The notes under the pieces: model-generated
Databases searched by the model: none
What the model saw: only the letters and a program-made list of their open reading frames with translations
What the model was told of the DNA's origin: nothing
Part shown: positions 51,850-64,000 of the stretch, piece after piece
How positions within the stretch are numbered: position 1 is the stretch's first letter
Layout of the letters: every line of letters begins with the position of its first letter
Source of the DNA: Octopus sinensis
Taxonomy: Eukaryota
DNA length: 64,000 bases
NCBI RefSeq assembly: GCF_006345805.1
Contig: NC_043000.1
Location: 118,668,001-118,732,000, forward strand
Direction: 5' to 3'
Made by a program: the position numbers and the translations under genes

Positions 51850-52420
51850 AAACAATATTTAGGTAGTGAGATAACGTTTTCAGGTGGCACTGACGAAGAT
51901 ATTAAGACGAGAATAAGTAAGGCAAGGACCGCTTTTTACCTGTTAAAGAAAGTATGGAGTGCAAGTGTAATTTCAATAAAGAACAAAATAAGAATTTTTA
52001 ACACTAACATAAAAGCAGTGTTATTGTATGGGGCTGAGACATGGCAAACAACAGTTAAGTCCATCACCTCCTCACCGTGGTGGGGACGCTGGCAATGGGT
52101 AGTGTCAGAACTATGCCGTCGGGAACTTCAATTCCTGGTAGAGCCACCCAAGGCGGATTGGTCTGACACCGAGTGGTATTAGGGCCACAACCCATGAAAA
52201 TCCTTGGAGTGTCTGTTTCCGCAACCGGTGGCTCCTCGGTTGTTCTTTCCCTGTGTCTGCGGACAATCTGCGGCAAATAGGATGTCTCTACATGCGGGGA
52301 CATTCATGGCAGAGTATAAGTACAGAAGCCAAAAATTATGCGACATGGAATTCAACTATAAGTGGCCTATACTCCGCGTTGGAGGGTTAAAGGCATAAAG
52401 AAGAAAGAAAGCAATTAAAC
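51850..52420 (+). mobile_element. Rearranged RTE-clade LINE fragment
   Basis: YLGSEITFSGGTDEDIKTRISKARTAF...KIRIFNTNIKAVLLYGAETW (51850-52060), an intervening segment that looks like an inverted RTE 5' region, and an RTE-like 3' end with a (GAAA)-type tail near 52400. Confidence 0.75.
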
Positions 52421-53290
52421 AAGCCATATCAGATCTAAATATTCTACTTGTTCTATGTACAAACTGACCGTATTCAGCTTCTCACACCTACCATACAATG
52501 TCATTCTAAAAATATACTATCTCATCACTAAAATCTAGATGAAGCATGATTAATTCAGATCAATTTGAATAAATAAGCATTATGCTCAACAGAATAATCT
52601 GAATGCTAAAGGGTCAACACAGTTTTTCTTTCTCAGTCTCACAAAGAACTGGTAACAAAGAATAAGGAATGGTTAGCCTCAAATCGCTAGGTCTGGTTGG
52701 TGCTTGTGGGAGATGCAGCATTGAGGATGAATGAAGCCAGCTCAACCCACCCCCGGGTGAATACCGTTTCAAGACAAGTCAAGAAGAAGAACAAAGAACA
52801 GAGAGGTTGTCTTCTGAGGACAGATTTCATTTTTCTAGAAAGAAATCCTAACAAAGGTCAATCAGTTGTTACTAAACAAGGGCTGGCCTTTTCTTTATGT
52901 AAAGTTTTACACATGTATTATTGGTAGCTACAATATGAAGGTGAAAGAATCCCCCTATTGTCTTGTGACAATAGGGGGCACTCCTTCACCTTAATACCAC
53001 AAATATAATAATCCTTCCATAGAACTTAATAAAAAGAAGGTCCTATACCTACAAGTATCCTAGACGTCTTTTATAGAATTTCTTTCCAACTTTCCAATAC
53101 AACAAAGTCTGCCCTTAGCAGAAAGCCATTTCCAGGGTTTCTTAAGCCCTGAAAGTTATTCTGCAAAAGTTACTTTGAGACTGACTATAAAAGTGAACTG
53201 CATACACTTAATTATCATTATTATCATCATTATTTTTATTATCATCATTATTTTTATTATCATCATTATTATTATTATTATTATTATTAT

Positions 53291-53330
<40 letters not shown>

Positions 53331-55641
53331 TGTCCTCATTGTCGTCATCATCATCATCATCGTCTAACGTCCATTTTCCATGCTAGCATGGGTTGGATGG
53401 TTCGACCGGGGTCTGGGAAGCCAGGGGGCTGCACCAGGCTCCAGTCTGATCTGGCAGTGTTTCTACGGCTGAATGTCCTTCCTAACGCCAACCACTCCGT
53501 GAGTGTAGTGGGTGCTTTTTACATGCCACCGGCACAGGTGCCAGGGGAAGCTGGCAACAGCCACAATTGGTTGGTGCTTTTTACGTACCACCAGCACAGA
53601 AGCCAGTCAAGGCAGTGCTGGCATCGGCCACGTAATTAAAAATCGTTAGAGATTACAGATTTCATTTATGTTTCTACAACTATACTTTTACTTGTTTTAA
53701 TCATTGGACAGCGTCCATGATGGGACATTACCTTTAAGGATATCTATCTATCCCTGTATTTATTTATTACTATTGATTATAAGCTTGGTACGTTTTTTTA
53801 TTGGACTCTTTTGCTGAGTTGCTAAGTTACACAGCTGTAAAAAAAACCAATGCCAGTTGTCAAGCAGTAAGGAAGAAACATACACATATATATTTATAGA
53901 GAGAGAGAGAGATAAAGAGAGAGTTATAGATAGATAGATACACACAGACACACACACATTTCAAAAGAAAGAAAGAGAGAAAGAGAGAGAGTGAAAGAAA
54001 GAAAGAGAGTGAAAGAAAGAAAGAGAGAAAGAAAGAAAGAGATAGAGAAAAAGAGAGAAAGAAAGAAAAAGAGATAGATAGATAGATGGACAGACATACA
54101 CACACCTACACACAAACATCTTCCTATCAATCAAATTCGTGTATCATTCATTAGTCAGCCCAAGATTACAGTAAAAGACTCTTGCCCAAGGTACCACACA
54201 GTGGAAATGAACCCAAAACCAAATGGCTACAAAGTGAGCTTCTAAGCTACACAGCCACACAATATCACACAGGAGCCTTCTCCTGCTACAAACAGATGCT
54301 GGGGACTGCCAGAGTTATAACAGTTGGCAGCTATTTTCTTCTCCCCAGACATCCAAATGTTTAATAATACAGCTGGCTTTTTATTGATAATGCTTTCATT
54401 TCATGACACACAAGGGTACAATTCACATATTTACAATGTCCATATGTGACTGTTTTTATGTCCCATTAACTCAATTGCACCAGGATGCATTTGTTTGATT
54501 CTAATAAATAATATCTTTCCAACAGGGTCGATGAAGTTTACAATGATCCAGCTGTAGATTATAACCTGAACAAATGTTTGTCAAGCATATTACATTTAAA
54601 ATAATATATTTTACAATGGCAGATTTTAAATATGGATTGACATATGTAGGTGTAGGCATGGCTGTGTGGTAAGAAGCTTGCTTCATAGTCACATAGTTCC
54701 AGGTTCAGTCAATCCTTTCCAGAAAGGATATATATCTGTGGGAGCCCTACCTGCTTAACCTCTGGCCAGAACCTAACGGCAAATTTCCTGAACTCACGCA
54801 GCCACCATGTTCATCCCAAGCAACAGCCCCAAAGCAAAAGAATCCCATAATAGTTGTCCTTCTGCTTCTGTCCTTCTAACAAGGACCCTTATTTGTTTGC
54901 ATAAAGTCACTGGCCTTATACTTCTAATCCCACTCAGCCCTTTGAACCATCAAAAAGAAAATGGTCTTAACCTTTAGCAATTCTCTAGAACATTTTAAAT
55001 TTAACAGATGACTTATAATAAAAATACAAAGCCACAAACTGAATTGCCTCCAACACTTAACTTTTGGCTAATCATGTATTTTTTTTTCTCTAGTTTCAGC
55101 TCAGAGCTGTGGCCATGCTGATGCACCGCTGTTTTGCTACACTGTTACTACTAAAAGTCTCCACTAATATGTGGCACTTGGTGAAGCATGGAATTTGATA
55201 TAGCTAACCTCATTTGCACCTCTTGCCGTGAGGTAGGTTCATCTGGGACTCTCGACAGGAAGAGGTCCAGCTTTGATTTAAAAATCCCTACATCTACTTT
55301 GTGCAAGTTCCTCAGACTCTTTGGAAGAATATTAAAAAACAGTGGGCTCTTGAAATCTTGTATGTATATATAATTTAATTAGAGGATATATTAACCTCGT
55401 AACAGAATGATTGCATTCAAGAAAACACTGGTTCTATACCTTTATATCTTTGGGAATGAACAGAGAAGTCAACATGTAATTTTTTAATGTACAACTTTTC
55501 CCTGAAGATATTTTACTCATAACTCATAAATGCAAATTTAATGCATAAATTTGTAATTTATTCAATGTATATAAATGAAAACAGCCGTAGGAAGAAATGA
55601 TTATCTATTTATTAATAGATAACTATTAACTCTCCATTTTC

Positions 55642-55674
<33 letters not shown>

Positions 55675-55676
<2 letters not shown>

Positions 55677-55968
55677 GGAGGCCCAATGGTCAGGGCAGTG
55701 GACTAGCGGTCACAGGATCGAGGTTTCAATTCCCAGACCGAGCGTTGTGAGTGTTTATTGAGCAAAAACATCTAAAGCTCCACGAGGCTCCATTGGCAAT
55801 CCCTGCTGTATTCTTTCGCCACAACTTTCTCTCACTCTTTCTTCTGTTGGCCTGCTCGCTTATTCAGCAGGGTGGCGTTATTTGAAGGCTAAAACCAATG
55901 CGAAGTGCAGTGTGACCAGCGATGTGTAGCAACATCTGATAGCCTGGTCGGTCACGGTGATCACGGTG
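55675..55968 (+). mobile_element. tRNA-derived SINE family D; related copies at 36228-36505 (minus) and a head at 2575-2703 (minus)
   Basis: ggaggc.caatgg head, gattcccagaccg B-box region, gtgtttattgagc, 3' gtgtagcaacatctgatagcctggtcggtcacggtga. Confidence 0.75.
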
Positions 55969-56746
55969 ATATATATATATACACACACACACATATACAC
56001 ACCCACATACACAAGTAATGTGCATACATAAGACATGTCTTATCAACATTATAAAAGGTTAGTCAGATTTCCTCTTTTCATTTTTTTTAACATTTTTTAT
56101 GTCAGGCTATAGCAATGTGGAAGAAGGCGGCAGTAGCTATGTTTATCTTATCTGTCACTAATTTCAGTCATTGGACTATGGCCATGCTGAGGCACTGCCT
56201 CAAAGATTTTAGTTGCACAAATCAACCTTGAATTTATGTTCTGATTTTTTTTTTGTCTGGTACATATTCTATCTATTTCTTAACTGAACTGCTAAGTTAC
56301 AGGGATATAAACTATCCAATCCATAGCAGCAAGGAAAAGTGGATGCTGAACGAAGCTAAAGAAAATGAGACACAGGGGGGTAACAAAACAATGCTTGATG
56401 TACAAAAGAGTAACAACTACTGAAAGGAGACAACAGGAATAAACTGTCATATTTTAGCATGGCTGTGTGGTCAAGGAATTTGCTTCACAACCCTGTGGTC
56501 TGAGGTCCAGTCTCACTGCTTGGCCCCTCAGGTAAATGTCTTCTACTTTAGCCACAAGATGACCAATGCCTCGTGAGTGAACTTGGTAAAGAAAAACTGT
56601 ATAGAAGTCAGTCATATATGTGTGTGTGTGTGTGTGTGGTCTTTCTGTAGGGCTTGACCCCCACCATCTTCTGACAACAATTGTTAGTCTAAGTATTTGT
56701 AACTTAGTAGTTCAGCAAAAGAGGTCAATAAAATAAGTACCAGACT

Positions 56747-57140
56747 TATATATATATATATAAAGCTGAAGTTGTCTGTGTATGGCAGGTTTGGTAGCCT
56801 TCAACTAACACTATCTCCTCCGAGACCCTGAGGTGCAAGTTAACCAAAATTGAGAGTATGATAGAAGAAGGCTTGCTCTTCCTTCCATAGAAGAAAAAAT
56901 TCAAATCAGACCATGTTAGGATCAAAAATTATTTACATCAAAAAGGTGCTTTTTTTTCTATGAAAATCCCTAGTTTTTACAATTTTTTGACTGCTGTGTT
57001 GCCATTTTTCAGTGTATTTCAACCAGAAAAATGTTCCCTTAAAGAGAATAACAAGCTACATAATGCAAAATTTTTACTTTTCAAAAATTCCATTTCTAAA
57101 GGGTTGAAACAAACCCAAGCAATGCTGGGCGATACTGCTA

Positions 57141-57141
<1 letters not shown>
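56747..57141 (+). mobile_element. Non-autonomous Helitron-like element, same family as 34865-35259
   Basis: Colinear over about 390 bp; ends gcaatgctgggcgatactgCTAG|T. Confidence 0.75.
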
Positions 57142-57186
<45 letters not shown>

Positions 57187-58090
57187 TGGAGTTGATTTGT
57201 TCAACTAAACCCTTTAAGGCAGTGGCCCCAGCATGGCCACAGTCCAAAGACTGAAATAGAATAAAAGACGATACATTATTTTTCTTTAACATTACTTAAT
57301 CACTGAGAAAGTTATGCAATATGGCAGCTCCTAGATAACCAGTCATGCATAACAGGGCTATTATTTTCTCACACCCATTTCTCTGCTTTAGCAGTTACTT
57401 CAATGCAAAATTACGAAGTTCAAGCAGAAAAAAATGTTGTAATAATAGCTGCAACCTTCAGTATAAGGTTTTACTATATTTCTGTATTTAAATTTTTTCA
57501 AGCCTCATATTTATTCTATCATTCTCTATTGCCAAACCACTATGTTATATGGACGTAAACATACCAACATCGGTTGCCATGCAGTGGTGGGGGACAAATA
57601 CAGACAAAACACACATATATATATATATATAAAGACAACAATAAGGATTTTAAGTTAGATTGGTTCATCATGTCCATATCTTTCCCTTATGATAAGGGGC
57701 AAAGGATTTTGTAACATTTGCAACTCTGAACTCTTCCATACTCTCTTCTCTAAGAATCACCTTGTTAACACACTTATAGAGTGATCTTACAAATGTAAGC
57801 ACTGGCAGAAACATACCTTTAGCTCATGTAATTGATTTTACCAGTCTTTATAGTTTGAACAGTTAGTTTAACTTGCACTTTACTTCAATAGAGAAATCTA
57901 CTTCCAAGCCTTTGAACATTTTTCAACCAATATATCCCTCTTAATTTGTTCTCTACTTATTATTTCTTCACCCCTTCTCTTCCTAGTGTCCGCCTTTGAC
58001 GTCGAATCTACTAATGGTTTTCTAAAATACTTAATAGCCTTCTGTTTATCATTTATGCAGTCATCAAAATTGTTATAATTGTTATAATGT

Positions 58091-58148
58091 CTTTCCTGAT
58101 GAGAAGATTGCATAAAACTAATGTTATCTTTGAAACATATGTCGAAAG
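58091..58148 (+). ncRNA. Type I hammerhead ribozyme motif, near-canonical
   Basis: CTTTC-CTGATGA-GAAGAT...ATCTTT-GAA-ACATATGT-C-GAAAG: stem I 5 bp perfect, stem II 6 bp with a G.U closing pair, palindromic stem III ACAUAUGU, GUC cleavage triplet (C58143). Confidence 0.75.
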
Positions 58149-58749
58149 TAAAAGAATTTGAATAGCATCTGCGCTCAACTCACTCTACTTAGATATATAT
58201 ATATACAGGCTTCTTTCAGTTTCTCTCTACCAAATGCAATCTTAAGGCCTAAGGCGAAAGTAGAGAACATTTACCCTAGGTGTCATGAAGTGGGACTGAA
58301 CCCGGAACCATATGGTTGGGAAGCAAGCCTCTTACCACACAACCACACTTGTGCAAACTTCAAATTCTCTTGAAAATATTTGTGTGTGTGTGTGAGTGCA
58401 TGTGTGAAATAACTTAAACTGATAATAAAATCTATGTCAAAGATCAACAATAAAATAGCAAAGCGATCAGCACAGATTTCCCACCCATAAAAGCAAGAAT
58501 AGACAGTAAGTATAAGACTTACATATAATCATTCTCTTTATATAAACGATACTGTAATACATATAAACCAAAGAGAGGGAGTCACTCAACCCTGCTAGAA
58601 ACAGCAGCTAATTCTCCTTCGTACCATATCTTGCCATCTAATAGAAAAGTGGCTGAGGAAAGAAAGAAGTGTCTCCAGGATAATTTAGTTCTTACAAACT
58701 GAGAGGATAATCACAGCCTGAATGCCTATGATAATCCTTTCTACTTATA

Positions 58750-59600
58750 GGTGCAGGAGTGGCTGTGTGGTAAGTAGCTTGCTTACCAACTACATGGTTC
58801 CGGGTTCAGTCTCATTGCGTGACACCTTGGGCAAGTGTCTTCTACTATAGCCTCGGGCCGACCAAAGCCTTGTGAGTGGATTTGGTAGCCCATCGTATAT
58901 ATGTATATATATGTATGTGTGTGTGTGTGTGTGTGTGTTTGTCCCCCCAACTTCGCTTGACAACTGATGCTGGTGTGTTTACGTCCCCGCAACTTACCGG
59001 TTCGGCAAAAGAGACCGATAGAATAAGTACTAGGCTTACAAAGAATAAGTCTTAGGGTCAATTTGCTCAACTAAAGGCGGTGCTCCAGCAGAGCCGCAGT
59101 CAAATAACTGAAACAAGTAAAAGAGTATAGGTGCAAGGCCTTAAATTTTATATGGAGGAGTTTAGTTCATATCACTGACCCTGGTACACAACTGGTACTT
59201 ATTTCAGCAACCTTGAAAGGATGATAGGGGAAGACAACCTTGCCATAAAGGCATGGCTGTGTGGTAAAAAATAAGCTTCCCAACCACATGGTTCTGGGTT
59301 CGGTCCCCAGAGGGCACCTTAGATAAGTGTATTCAACTATAAGCCTCGAGTCAGCCAAAGACTTGTGAGTGGATTTGGTAGACAGGAACTGAAAGAAGCC
59401 TATTTTGTGTGTGTGTGTTTGTGTCTGTTCCCCACCACCACTTGACGCCAGGTGTTGGTATGTTTACATCCCCATAACTTGGTGGTTCAGCAAAAGAGAC
59501 AGGTAATAGAAGTACCAAGCTTATGGCTAAAATTCTTCAAGGTGGTGCCCCAGCATGGTCACAATCTAATGACCAGAAACAGGTAAAAGATAAAAGATAG
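58750..59600 (+). mobile_element. Two tandem family A SINEs (58750-59130, 59250-59600)
   Basis: Family A head, body and tail in both; the second is more decayed. Confidence 0.85.
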
Positions 59601-59659
59601 TTAATGATCTTCCATACAGTGCACCAATTTCATTCAAAAGGTATTGGTCAGTCCAATAA

Positions 59660-59863
59660 AAGGCGGCGAAATGCTTAGCGGTATTTCGTCTGCCACTATG
59701 TTCTGAGTTCAAATTCCGCCGAAGTCGACTTTGCCTTTCATCCTTTCGGGGTCGATTAAATAAGTACCAGTTAAGCACTGGGGTTGATATAATCGACTTA
59801 ATCCGTTTGTCTGTCCTTGTTTGTCCTCTCTGTGTTTAGCCCCTTGTGGGTAGTAAAGAAATA
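59660..59863 (+). mobile_element. SINE family B monomer with a 16-bp TSD
   Basis: ggtattggtcagtcca at 59640-59655 and 59864-59879. Confidence 0.9.
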
Positions 59864-60036
59864 GGTATTGGTCAGTCCAGGCCTATAATAAAAAAACACA
59901 GCCACAGTACCCCTGTGGAAATGAACCTGAAACACATGGATGTGAAGTGATCCTCTACACAAAACAGGCATGCCTGTCCCCCACACTGAACAGACAAAAA
60001 GATCTTTTAAAAACAATATGAAATGTAATTACTTAC

Positions 60037-60189
60037 CACAGAGAAACATGACAATACTTGATAACGTGAGAATTAAAGGTTTGACATGGATTGGACAGCA
60101 ATGGATGAGCACGCAGAGAAGGAAAACGGCAACCAGCCCTTGTAAGAGGAATGTCAAACTGATCATAACCTGCACCGAGATGAACCATG
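60037..60189 (-). CDS. Claudin-like (PMP22/EMP/claudin superfamily) gene, penultimate coding exon (about TM2 to start of TM3)
   Basis: Polypyrimidine acceptor ttttctctatttttttctacAG (AG at 60191-60190) and donor GTAAGT (60036-60031). The 153 nt read as 2 nt + 50 codons + 1 nt: xWFISVQVMISLTFLLQGLVAVFLLCVLIHCCPIHVKPLILTLSSIVMFLC-G. Hydrophobic helices and the WFxxVQ motif typical of claudin-like proteins; phase matches the 40724 exon. Confidence 0.9.
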
Positions 60190-60444
60190 CTGTAGAAAAA
60201 AATAGAGAAAAGAAATGGTTACAAATCATATGAATCATTATATTATCATCACCATCGTTTAACGTCCGTTTTCCATGCTGGCATGGGTTGGACGGTTTTG
60301 ACTGAGGGCTGGCAACCAGATGGCTGCACCAGGCTCCAGTCTTGATCTGGCAGTATTTCTACAGCAGGATGCCCTTCCTAACGCCAACCACTGCATGAGT
60401 GTAGTGGGTGCTTGAAAATTCTTTTCAAAATTAAGAGATGGGAC

Positions 60445-60612
60445 AAGACCAGAGGAGACACAATTTTTTCATCATTTGGGACTTCTATTCTTTTTATCTA
60501 CTACTACCAAATCAGGCCTTCTAGCTTCTATTACTCTGTCAGTCTGAATGTTAAAGTCCACAACATCTTGTATTTCTTACTTTCTAGTACTTTCCTAGGT
60601 TCATATTCATAC
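60445..60612 (-). mobile_element. Fragment of the same R4/Dong-like family as 10285-11520
   Basis: Reverse complement closely matches 11055-11220 (cctaggaaagtactagaaagtaagaaatac...gactttaacattcagactgacagag). Confidence 0.8.
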
Positions 60613-60845
60613 CTATTTCTTTATTGCCCACAAGGGGCTAAACACAGGAAGGACAAACAAGGACAGACAAAGGGATTAAGTCGATTATATCGACCCCAGT
60701 GCGTAACTGGTACTTATTTAATCAACCCCCAAAAGGATGAAAGGCAAAGTCGACCTCGGCAGAATTTGAACTCAGAACGTAATGGCAGACGAAATACTGC
60801 TAAGCGTTTCACCCGGCGTGCTAACGTTTCTGCCAGCTCACCGTT
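60612..60845 (-). mobile_element. SINE family B monomer
   Basis: Head, core and tail on the minus strand. Confidence 0.85.
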
Positions 60846-61376
60846 TATCAGTATGTTCAAATCCTAGCTTTCTACATAGCTCCCAGTGGATTGCTCTCCC
60901 TAGATTGTCATTGAAGAGGTCAAAGAACTCCAACAAATAAACTAATAATAATGGTTTCAAATGTTGGCACAAGGCCAGCAAGTTCAGGGGAAGGGAAGGT
61001 AAATCATTTACATCAACCCCAGTGGTCTTCTAGTAGGTATTTTATCAACCCCGAAAGGATGAAGGGCAAAGTCAACTTCAGTGAAGTTTAAATTCAGAAC
61101 ATAAAGATGGATGAAATACAGCTAAGCACTTTGTCCCAGCATGCTAACAATTCTGCCAACTCACCACATTAAATATACTGCTAATTCATTTATTCTTTTA
61201 TTCGTTTCAGTCATTTCGATTGTGGCCATGTTGGAGCACTGCCTTTAGTTGAGCAAACCGACTCTAGGACTTATTCTTTGGAAGCCTAGTACTTATTCTA
61301 TCGGTCTCTTTTGCCGAACCACTAAGTTAAAGGGACATAAACACACCAACATCGATGTCAAGCGATGTTGGGGGTT

Positions 61377-61430
<54 letters not shown>

Positions 61431-62039
61431 AGAGAGAGAGAGAGAGAGAGAGGCAGAAGCTGGCAGAATCATTAGCACAGAGGACAAAATGCTGAGAGAC
61501 ATTTCTTCTGGTGTTATGTTTTGAGATACAACTATTTTTTCTGTCTCATTTATCAAGTAACTGCATCTATTAGCGTAACCCTTTAGCATTCAGGTTATTT
61601 TGTCAAATATATTTATCTATTCACATTGCTTTGAATTAACCATGCATTATCTTGTAGCTTCAAGAGTTTGATGATGTGGTAATTTATTTTTAGAATGATG
61701 TAGAGTAGATGCTAGGGGCTAGATTTGGCCAGTTTCAACATAAAGCTTGTAGAAAATTTTGGTTGGATATGGCTGCGTGTAGGTGGCACATAAAAAGCAC
61801 CAACCGATTGTGGCCATTGCCAGCCTCCCTGTGCCGGTAACATGTAAAAATCACCCAATACACTCACGAAGTGGTTGGTGTTAGGAAGGGCATCCAGCTG
61901 TAGAAACACTGCCAGATCAGACTGGAGCCTGGTGCAGCCTCCTGGCTTCCCAGACCCTGGTCAAACTGTCCAACCCATGCTAGCATGGAAAACGGACGTT
62001 AAATGATGATGATTATGATAAAGCTTCTGTTACTTTCTC

Positions 62040-62300
62040 TGAAATCCATTTTCAGTAATGGAACCATCAAAATACACATACTTGTCTGCTGATAGACCCA
62101 CCCATGTCACATACTTCATCCCAATTTCCAAGAGCCTCTCATGATATCCCTGACCCCTAGCAAACTTCTGCTGTTTTATACCCTCAATCTGAAGCTCTTT
62201 TCTCCATATCCATAATTTCCTGGCAATGTATACTACAGAGCTGTTGTATCTCACAATATACATTGCTTCTACTGGTGTATATCTCTTACCTTTTAAGTTC
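62040..62300 (-). mobile_element. Probable CR1/L2-like LINE fragment
   Basis: RGQGYHERLLEIGM resembles the SY.ERL..LG motif of CR1/L2 C-termini. Confidence 0.35.
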
Positions 62301-62789
62301 CATCTCATACACAGCAACTACACATGTGCTTATGTCAATATTTGCCTGCATGTATAGATATAAGTATGGCCATAAAGTAGGAAGATTGCTTCCAAGCCAT
62401 ATGGTTCTGGGTTCAGTCCCACTGTATGGCACCTTGGGTAAGTGTCTTTGGCTATAACCCTACACTGACCAAAATCTTATTAATGGATTTGTTTGCTAAA
62501 AACTGTAAGAAGACTATCATACATGTGTTTGTGTGTGTATATTATTGTCTGCTTGCCTTGGTATCATGTAGTGGTTGTAAATGAATGCCACCATCATTCA
62601 AGCAGTGTCCATTTCTAAGTTTCCATGGAAACATGTCTGGTCATGGGGAAATATTACCTCAGAAGAAACTGGTTAGGGCTAACGATAAGAAAGGCATCCA
62701 ACCATAGAAAATCAGCCTCAACAAATTTTGTTTGATCCATGTGAGCATGGAAACATGGACATTAAAATGATGATAATGATGATGATCTC

Positions 62790-64000
62790 TGGTATAATGG
62801 AGAGAAAAATGACCAGTTCCTTTATTTAAAGACATTCACATCAACATCGTGTACTTTCCTTAATAGTTTTTCACAGAGCATTAAAGAGTTGTGGACCTTT
62901 CAACCCAAAGCTATTGAAGTACCTGGTCCTGACTTTTAGATGGGGTGGATGTAACCTTTGGTAAAATTCAATGACATCCAGTTTAGGTATTTGTATAACA
63001 CTTGATGCAGAAATTAGGTACTAGCCCTCCAAGAATTTTCCATATGGAGATTACTATATATTTCTCAGATCTTCACTACAGGAAGTAAGATTGTAGTTTT
63101 TTTCAGCCCCTCCCTGTTTTTCATCTGCTGCATTGTTACAATCTCTTTAACGTAGTGGCATTGTATTACATGAAGCTCTACAGTTAGTTTGGCACATTAG
63201 AGAGCACAGCTGAGAGCAGTAGTCTAGGCAGCTGAGAATAAAGATCTTTCATGAGGTTAGCATTATTTCTTGTCTTTTGCTCTTAGCCCTCCACTAGCAT
63301 GGATGTCAGTCATTGAATTTGAGGCAAGTGAAATTGAAATCAAATTCAATGACTAGCATCTGTGCTAGTGGAGCACTAAGAGTACCATCCGAGTGGGATC
63401 GTTACGAGCATTGCCTTACAGGCACTTGTGCCGGTGGCATGTGAAAAGACATTCGAGCGAGGTCGTTGCCAGTGCCACTGGACTGACTCCTGTGCAGTTG
63501 GCATGTAAAAAACACCATTTGAGCATGGCCATTGCCAGTACCACCTGACTGGCCCTCATACCGGTGGCACGTAAAAGCACCCACTACACTCTTGAAGTGG
63601 TTGGTATTAGGAAGAGCATCTAGCTGTAGAAACTCTGCCAGATCAAAATTGGAGCCTGGTTCAGCAGTCCTCAGACAAATCATCCAACTCATGCTAGCAT
63701 GGAAAGCGGACATTAAACGATGATGATGATGATTGTCCTGAAGGACCTTTGTATCCATCCTGCCAATTGTCTGCTCATTGGTGCCAATCTCAATAATGTG
63801 CATATGAAATAATGCATCATTACACATACTGATCACCAAGTTTCCCACTGTCTGTGACTCTGAGATTGCAGTGCCTTCAGGTTCTGTATATGCAGGCTGT
63901 GATGTATCTGTGAGCTGATACTGAAGTACTTTAAATTTTTTAGCATTAAACTGCATGTTGTTTTCTTCAGTCTACTTTATATTGCATTTGGATCTCACTG
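62790..64000 (-). mobile_element. CR1/L2-type LINE RT C-terminal relic interrupted by a SINE
   Basis: MQFNAKKFKVL...TVGNLVISM..D..F..HI (63735-63960) and, beyond the SINE at 63300-63735, YIVISIWKILGGLVPN and GPQLFN motifs; many stops. Confidence 0.7.

Larger units (their letters stand above)
40725..60036 (-). other. 19.3-kb phase-1 GT-AG intron of the claudin-like gene
   Basis: Bounded by the donor and acceptor above; the in-frame junction rebuilds a continuous TM3, so no intervening coding exon is needed. Confidence 0.8.

Noticed and set aside
54485-54605. Plus-strand acceptor-like ctttccaacAG followed by a short open frame
   Set aside because: No partner exon or recognisable protein, and the start resembles a decayed SINE core (gggtcgatgaagt).
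57898-58113. Protein-like 71-aa minus-strand ORF inside the intron
   Set aside because: No convincing splice sites or recognisable domain, not needed for the host frame, and it overlaps the hammerhead, so it is more likely an element relic.

Overview
AT-rich, repeat-dense eukaryotic genomic DNA, most likely from an octopus or related coleoid cephalopod (inferred from the SINE families and microsatellite load). Only one host protein-coding gene is supported: the last two coding exons (60037-60189 and 40504-40724, minus strand, one 19.3-kb GT-AG intron) of an invertebrate claudin-like (PMP22/EMP/claudin superfamily) protein. It probably has a ~2.8-kb 3' UTR, and its 5' exons lie beyond the window. 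The rest is mostly at least five SINE families, decayed LINEs (R4/Dong-like, RTE, CR1/L2), Tc1/mariner relics and MITEs, Helitron- and HINE-like elements, and microsatellites; nearly all ORF-track entries are artefacts of these. Most notable: (1) minimal type I hammerhead ribozyme motifs from several different repeat families, including a near-perfect one at 58091-58148, a pair forming a 103-bp foldback in the putative 3' UTR, and one inside a tRNA-headed SINE; (2) head-to-tail SINE multimers, one enclosed by a single target-site duplication; (3) a switch near 29 kb from CpG-intact to CpG-decayed SINE copies that coincides with the restricted distribution of one SINE family. All coordinates and structures were read by eye; repeat boundaries are approximate.
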